DNA of 63,156 nucleotides, filler included, from It is 12 parts of 12 records of this genome, joined end to end, with 100 filler letters (N's around TTAATTAATTAA, not from the genome) between each part and the next. Parts side by side here need not be neighbours in the genome. Positions count along the whole stretch, not along the records: positions 56,571 to 59,979 come from SRR7504441_22836; positions 60,080 to 63,156 come from SRR7504441_22847; 10 more parts are not named here. One strand, 5' to 3'. Shown piece by piece: positions 57,749 to 63,156 of this stretch (position 1 is its first letter; each line of letters starts with the position of its first letter). The notes under the pieces were generated by a model. It saw only the letters and a program-made list of their open reading frames with translations, ran no database searches and was not told where the DNA came from. The position numbers and the translations under genes were made by a program.

Positions 57749-58206
57749 CGCGTAGCTTGGGGGTCTCGGATGCCGTTACGGCAGCACCGTTGCTATCAGG
57801 CACTACCGGTAGACTCTAACTAGGGTTTGTGTGAATCCGTGACATGCGGGGCCAGAATGGATTCGCTACATGTAGCTAGTCTCACTATTCATTGGACAGC
57901 ACTAAGCTTACCAACCCGTTGCTTGATTGCTTTCAAGCAAGTCTTGAACTTGGGATCCCTCTTTAGTTTCTCAGACGATGTCTTCATTTTTGGCTTCGAA
58001 TTCGACACATGCGCACTGTCCATCGTATCATCCGCTTCGAGAAACTGGGCGAGCGTCAAGCCCATATTGCACCTCCTTGCGGCTTCTAGCCTATCGTTAA
58101 AGGGGACATCCGCCTGCACACGCCCAACAGTAATCCCAACTCTTCAAAGAAATCGTGCCTTTGAGAGCGGAGAGCCGCCAAGACACATCGGTCGTGAGAT
58201 CCCTAG

Positions 58207-59320
58207 ATGCCCCTCCCGCGGCAGCAAGTCTAACATCTGATACTCCCGTGTGCTCGAGTCCAACTGCCCCGCGCTCGGGCCCACCGACAGCGCCGGACCA
58301 GAAGCAGAAGCAGGAGAGGAAGCGCACGGCGGTGGTGATCGTGGAGCGCTTCCTGACCGACTCCGGATACAGCGAGGCCGCGCACGCACTGGCGGTCTGT
58401 TTGGGGGCAGGTCGGGCCGAGCCCGGGGCAGGCGGCGTCGGGTGTGGGGCTCGGGGAGTATGAGGTGTGCGACAACGTGGACCTGCAGATGATGATCCTC
58501 GACTACGAGCAGTTTTACGAGATGCGATTCGGGCGCAAGCCCCGGCTGTGATTCAAACCGGCCGACGGAGCTCACCGGCTGGGCAGCGTCCGGAGGCTTC
58601 CCAGCGACGAGCGCAAGGGGACGGGCAAGCTGCCCCGGCTGCCGGGCCAGACGAACCAGCCGCCGCCGGCCCCTGCGGCCCCAGAAGCTGGGGCTGGGCC
58701 GGAGGGAGACCAGGAGGACTTTTTTGCTCGGCGGATCCTCAAGCCCGTGCCGGACTTCGGACACAACCCCGAGATGCGAGAGCTGGCCGGGCAGGCGCCC
58801 CTGACTGCCACGCTGTTGGTGTGCGAAACGGGCGGGTAGGTCACGCGGGAGATCTACAGGGAAAGCCCGAACGTACGGTTCGATGACGTGGCGTGCGCTG
58901 ATACGACCAAGCGGTGCTGGGCCTGGCCAGTCCGGGGCCCACCCGGGAGCAGGCTACTCCGAGAGGCGGTGGTGCTGCCGCTGCGCTTCCCGCATCTGTT
59001 CACTGAAGGGTACTCAGGGGCAGACATCGTGCAGGCGTGCGGCCGTCTTAGGCCGTGGTCGAGCAGGCCCAGGTGTGCAAGGAAGCTGCCATGCACCCGC
59101 TCCGCCGCTTGATGAACCAGATAGACCTAGACCAGGCGCCTGCTGCCCAGGGAGCCTGCGGTGAGCCCGGGTACAGATGGATCCTAGAATGGAGCTGGCG
59201 TTGGAGCCGGTATCTGGGGAGGATATCGATAGCGCAATGAGGTGCGTCAAGCCGTCATCGAGCATGCACAAGGCCAAGTACACCAAGTGGCAGCAGGAGT
59301 TCGGAGCTAGCACCAACTGA
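58207..59320 (+). CDS. KATNAL2: KATNAL2-like protein lacking the AAA ATPase core
   Basis: LisH-like RKRTAVVIVERFLTDSGY; YEVCDNVDL...YEQFYEMRFGRKPRL; PNVRFDDV; LREAVVLPLRFPHLFT joined directly to EGYSGADI..CKEAAMHPLR; KYTKWQQEFG. Start approximate. Confidence 0.8.
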
Positions 59321-59705
59321 GCCAGAAGTAAGTAATCGGCGTACCAAATAAGCGACCCTGGACCAGAGTTGCAGACCCGATTCAAGCCGATTACATTTCG
59401 TGCATGGATGATCCTAGAGTCTGCAGTGCTCATCAGCCGGGAAATACAAGTAGTTACTTACTTACTTACTTGGTTAGTTAGTTACCGAGCAAACTGATGA
59501 ACACAATTATCTCTAATTCAATCAGACTATTATTATAGCTAAGCTTTAGATCTCTCTATAATCTCTCTACGTGTGCCGATCATCGGCATCATTCTGTACT
59601 TATACGTAGAGCTTTGCGAGCTGCGGCTGACCAGCGCCATACATGCATGCAACTCTAATACAACTCTAATATACACTGAATATGCCGAATCAACCACTCT
59701 GACTG

Positions 59706-59979
59706 CTATCCAGCATTAGGGCAGTCTCGCGCCCAGTGCCCTGGCTTGCCACACTTGTAGCAGCTGCCTCCCCCGCCCCCCGGCCTGGCCTGGCCAGCAG
59801 CTCCCACCGGCCGCGAACCACCGGCATTCGGGCAATCTCTAGCCCAGTGCCCCGGCTTTCCACACTTGTAGCAGCTGCCGCCACCCGCAGTCGGTGAACT
59901 CGAGTTCAACCTCGTTGGACCGGCGGCGGCAGGCGAGCCCCCCCCAGGTGCGTCGCACCACTCGAAGAAGTTGCACCCG
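59706..59979 (-). CDS. C-terminus with end of a GRF zinc finger and two CCHC zinc knuckles (TOP3A-tail-like), 5' truncated
   Basis: GCNFFEWCD then [14 protein letters not shown] twice. Confidence 0.8.
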
Positions 59980-60079
59980 NNNNNNNNNNNNNNNNNNNNN
60001 NNNNNNNNNNNNNNNNNNNNNNNTTAATTAATTAANNNNNNNNNNNNNNNNNNNNNNNNNNNNNNNNNNNNNNNNNNNN
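59980..60079. other. Artificial contig linker
   Basis: N-run with TTAATTAATTAA. Confidence 0.99.
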
Positions 60080-60080
60080 C

Positions 60081-63000
60081 GGGCTCAAAGTGGTGCGCGC
60101 CAAGAAGGCGGCTGCGCTGGCCACGGCGCAGGCCGAGCGAGCAGCTGCCAAGATGAAGGCGGCCGAAGAGAAAGTGACGGCTCTCGAGGCTGAAAGCCTG
60201 GCCGGGAGCCACACCGAGGGCAAGAAGCTGCAGACGCTCAAGGCCAGCGTGAGCGCCAGTCAGACCGAGGTGAGCCTGCTCCAGAAAGAACAAGAGCGCG
60301 CGCACCGGAAGTTGGAGCAGGCGCAGGAGGCAAAGGCGCTGGCCGATGGCGATTCGCTTAAGGAGTCTGATGTACTCCACCGGGCCGAGGACCAGCTGAA
60401 TAGGGCTAGAGAGAAGATGGTCCGTAGGACGGCCAAGCTGGCCAAGGCCAGGGCAAAGCAAATCGATGCAAAGAAGGCTTTCGGGGAGGCGTCGATGAAG
60501 CAGGCCATGGAGAGAGCACAGTCTCGATTGGCCCACAAGGCGGTGGCCGATTCGGAGCAAGCGGTCAGCGAGGCGGCCGTCAAGGCGGCAGAACCTGCCA
60601 AGGAAGCAGCTGCTGCTGAGCCGGACGCTACTGCAACCGCTGAGAAGGAGCTGGTGGAGGCTGAAAAGGAGCAAGCCGAGAAGAAGGAGGCCGAGGCCAA
60701 GGTCAAGGCTAGTGAGGCCCAGGCCGCCTCCAGGATGGCGGACAACACGGTGACCAAGGCGCATGGCAAGCTCGAGCAAGCGAGACTCAAGCGCTCTCAC
60801 GCCAGCCAGGCACACGAGCAGGCGAGGGCCACCATGCTGCAAGCGCTAGAGAAAGTGGCTGTGGCCGAAGCGGCCGAGAGCTCTGCGCTGCGATCTGCGG
60901 GCGCCAGTGCGGCTGCAATGAGTTCGCTGGAGGCGCACGTGGCTTCGATGGGCGATGTGTATGCACAGGCGGAAGGCAGACTTAAGGCGGCAGAGGACAG
61001 TGAGACTGAAGCCCAGCAGGCGGCGGCTCAAAAGGCCGCGGCAGAGAGCAAAGCTCAAGCCGATGCTGCCAAGCAGGCCGAGGCAGCCAAGGCAGCAGAG
61101 GAGCCGGCTGGAGTGGAAGAACCCGATGCGGAGACAGCGCGGGCAGAGCAGTTGAGGCAGAAGGCGAACGAGGCCAAGCAAGAAGCCGAATTGGCAGCAA
61201 AGGCATCTGAGCGGGAGGCAGCCAAGGTGACCGCAATGGGAGAGGATGCTGCAAGGAAAGAGGAAGCCCATGTTGAAGCCGAGAAGGAGGCTGCTAAGGT
61301 TGCTGCTGCACTAGAGGCAGCCCTCAACGATAAGCACTCGCTGACTGCAACAAGTTCGCAGCTCAAGGAAGCGGCAGACCAGGCCAGTGAAAAGCTGGCT
61401 CAGGATGAGCAAGCTGAGGCAGAGGCCAAAGAGAAGGCGGTCACTGCGAGAGCAGAAGCAGATGCATTAGAGGCTCAAGTTGAGGGCAAACAGAAGGCTC
61501 TGGTTACAGCGAAAGCTCAAGTGGCAGCGACGATCAGCGCAATGGCTGCTAGCCAGGCTAAGCTCAAGGCAGCGCAGGCTGCGTTAGCAGAGAGCGTAGC
61601 TGAAGCACGCCGCATGATTGAACTGAAGGCACAGCTTCAGGCTCAATACGACGCTAAAGAGCAGAAGCTGCAGTCTGAGGAGCAGTCAGCTATCGAGATG
61701 GAGGGACAGGCCAAGAGCGCCGCCACAGCTGACAAGGAGCGCCAAGCTGAGTTGTCCAAGATACAAGCCAAAGTTCGGGCTGCAGCCATCAAACTAGACC
61801 AGAAGCGACAAGCGCTCAAGGACGCAAGGCTGGAGGCATCCAACGCATCTGCGGCCAAGGCAAAAGCAGTCAAGGCGAGTGAGGTTGCTGAGCAGGATGT
61901 CACAGCTGCCAAGCAAGCGCTAAGCGCCTCCAAAGAGGCGGAGGCCACTGCTAGAAGCGCGCGAAGAGACTCTGAGACTTCTCTAAAAGCGGCTAAAGAC
62001 GCAGCAAGTGCCAAGAAAGCTTCCGCTGACAAGTACAAGACCCAAGCCGAGGAGGCTACACGTGCTGTGGAGAAGGCCAAGGCAGATAAGCAGAGAGAAT
62101 CCAAGCTAGCCAGTGGGGCTGACAAAAAGAGGAAGCGGGCGGATAATGCGCTTGAAGCACAGAAGAGAGCATCAGAACGCCACAAGCAGGCTGCCAAAGC
62201 ATTCAGTGACGCAAAGTCGGCTCACGCCAAAGTGACTGCCGAACTTGAACAGTTGAAAACCAAAGTTAGAATGGAGCAGTCTGCACTGGAGGTTGCAACC
62301 ACAGAAAACACCGAGGATAGCAAGCAATCGGCACAAGCCACAGCAGCCGAAGTTTCTGCTGCTGAGACCATGGCTCAGGATTCAGCAGAGGTGCAAGATG
62401 CTGTTGATGAGCTAGCAAAGGAAAGTGACTTAGTCAAGAAGCAGCGCGCTCGCCTGGTTGAAATGAACGAGGCTGAAGCGAAAACCACCTCAAAGCGCGA
62501 AGGCGCCGCCGAAAATCTGCAGGCAGTAAAGAACAGGCTCACTGCTGCTAATGCAAAGTTTGATGCTGACCAATATGCATCGAGCCAGAGTGAGTCAGCA
62601 TACGAGCTGGCCAAAGCTGAGTACAATCAAGCCAAGTTATCCGTGAAGAGCAGCAAAGCGATGGTCGCTGAGGCCACAGCCGCGTCTGAGGCAGCTGAAG
62701 CCAGCCAAGCCAACGAGCAAGCTGCAGTTTCCACTGCGGAGAGCACGATGAGGACTGCAATGGAAAAGGCACAGGCTCCTAAGTCAGGGGCACCGCAGGT
62801 CAAGCCTACAAAGGCTCTACAAGATGCGATGAAGAAGTCAAAAGACGAAGCGGCCAGTATCAAGGCGAAAGCTGCAAGTGAGCAAGCGAAGTACGACAAG
62901 CAATTGCTAAAAGCAAAGAGAGCTGCCAGCCGAGCTCTGGAACTGAAGAACGGACAGGCGACTGCTGAGAGCAGGCTAAGAGGAATGAGCGCAAAGCTTG

Positions 63001-63155
63001 CGAGCACCAAGGCTCAGATCGTGGAGCAGAAGACTACGGAGACAGCCTCAAATGAGATGGTGCGTAGCAGGCAGGCAGCAGTCGAGCATGCACAGCAATC
63101 TCGGAAGGCACTTACGAGTCAGCACTCACGAGCAGCCAAGGCCTACAGGGACGCT
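60081..63155 (+). CDS. Giant Ala/Lys/Glu-rich coiled-coil protein, internal fragment open at both ends (absent from the ORF track)
   Basis: The frame starting GLKVVRAKKAAALATAQAERAAAK shows no stop on my reading to the window end (about 1025 codons); the minus-strand ORFs listed here are its shadows. Confidence 0.85.
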
Positions 63156-63156
63156 G

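Noticed and set aside
57889-58188. Small two-exon gene divergent from KATNAL2-like
   Set aside because: Requires an unverified GC-AG intron and has no recognisable homology.
59451-59485. (TTAC)n/(TTAG)n run as a telomeric repeat
   Set aside because: Few, mixed units in an internal position; an ordinary microsatellite.
59690-59979. CCHC knuckles as a retrotransposon Gag
   Set aside because: Preceded by a GRF-finger end and followed by a stop, with no protease, RT or LTR; it fits a cellular TOP3A-like tail.
4457-60079. Repeated TTAATTAATTAA as a biological repeat or CRISPR-like array
   Set aside because: Always centred in an identical 100-nt N linker; it is a concatenation artefact.
60024-63010. 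Minus-strand Leu/Ser/Ala-rich ORFs as membrane proteins
   Set aside because: Antisense shadows of the plus-strand coiled-coil frame.
1-63156. A window-wide gene cluster (e.g. CAR + ABCC + methyltransferases as a biosynthetic cluster, or a ubiquitin island)
   Set aside because: The genes lie on different contigs separated by linkers, so adjacency is not evidence of linkage.

Overview
This window is not one locus. It is 12 unrelated contig fragments joined by 11 artificial 100-nt linkers (N-runs around the six-frame stop TTAATTAATTAA), so gene neighbourhood means something only within a fragment. The DNA is from a GC-rich, very gene-dense microbial eukaryote: short spliceosomal introns (about 37-73 nt), AT-richer spacers, tiny divergent promoters, and centriole/cilium-type genes (KATNAL2-like, centriolin-like). 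The lineage cannot be named from the sequence alone. Recognisable genes: LRR receptor kinase, MDR oxidoreductase, family-X DNA polymerase, RNase T2, strictosidine-synthase-like protein, acid ceramidase, MARCH-type RING-CH ligase, NDUFB11/ESSS, MAPK-like kinase, ABCC transporter, METTL21-type methyltransferase, UFSP-like protease, calcineurin-B-like protein and an ankyrin protein. The most unusual items are: (1) a carboxylic-acid-reductase-like A-T-R enzyme with N-terminal ankyrin-like repeats and a zinc-finger insert inside the adenylation domain; (2) an AspH-like hydroxylase/F-box/Rab fusion with a degenerate G3 box; (3) a UBA-tailed protein whose core resembles bacterial NEL-type E3 ligases; (4) a KATNAL2-like gene missing its whole AAA core; (5) an NPPF amino-methyltransferase; (6) a recurrent intergenic octamer, TACGAGTA. 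All family calls are from motif recognition by eye; no searches were run.
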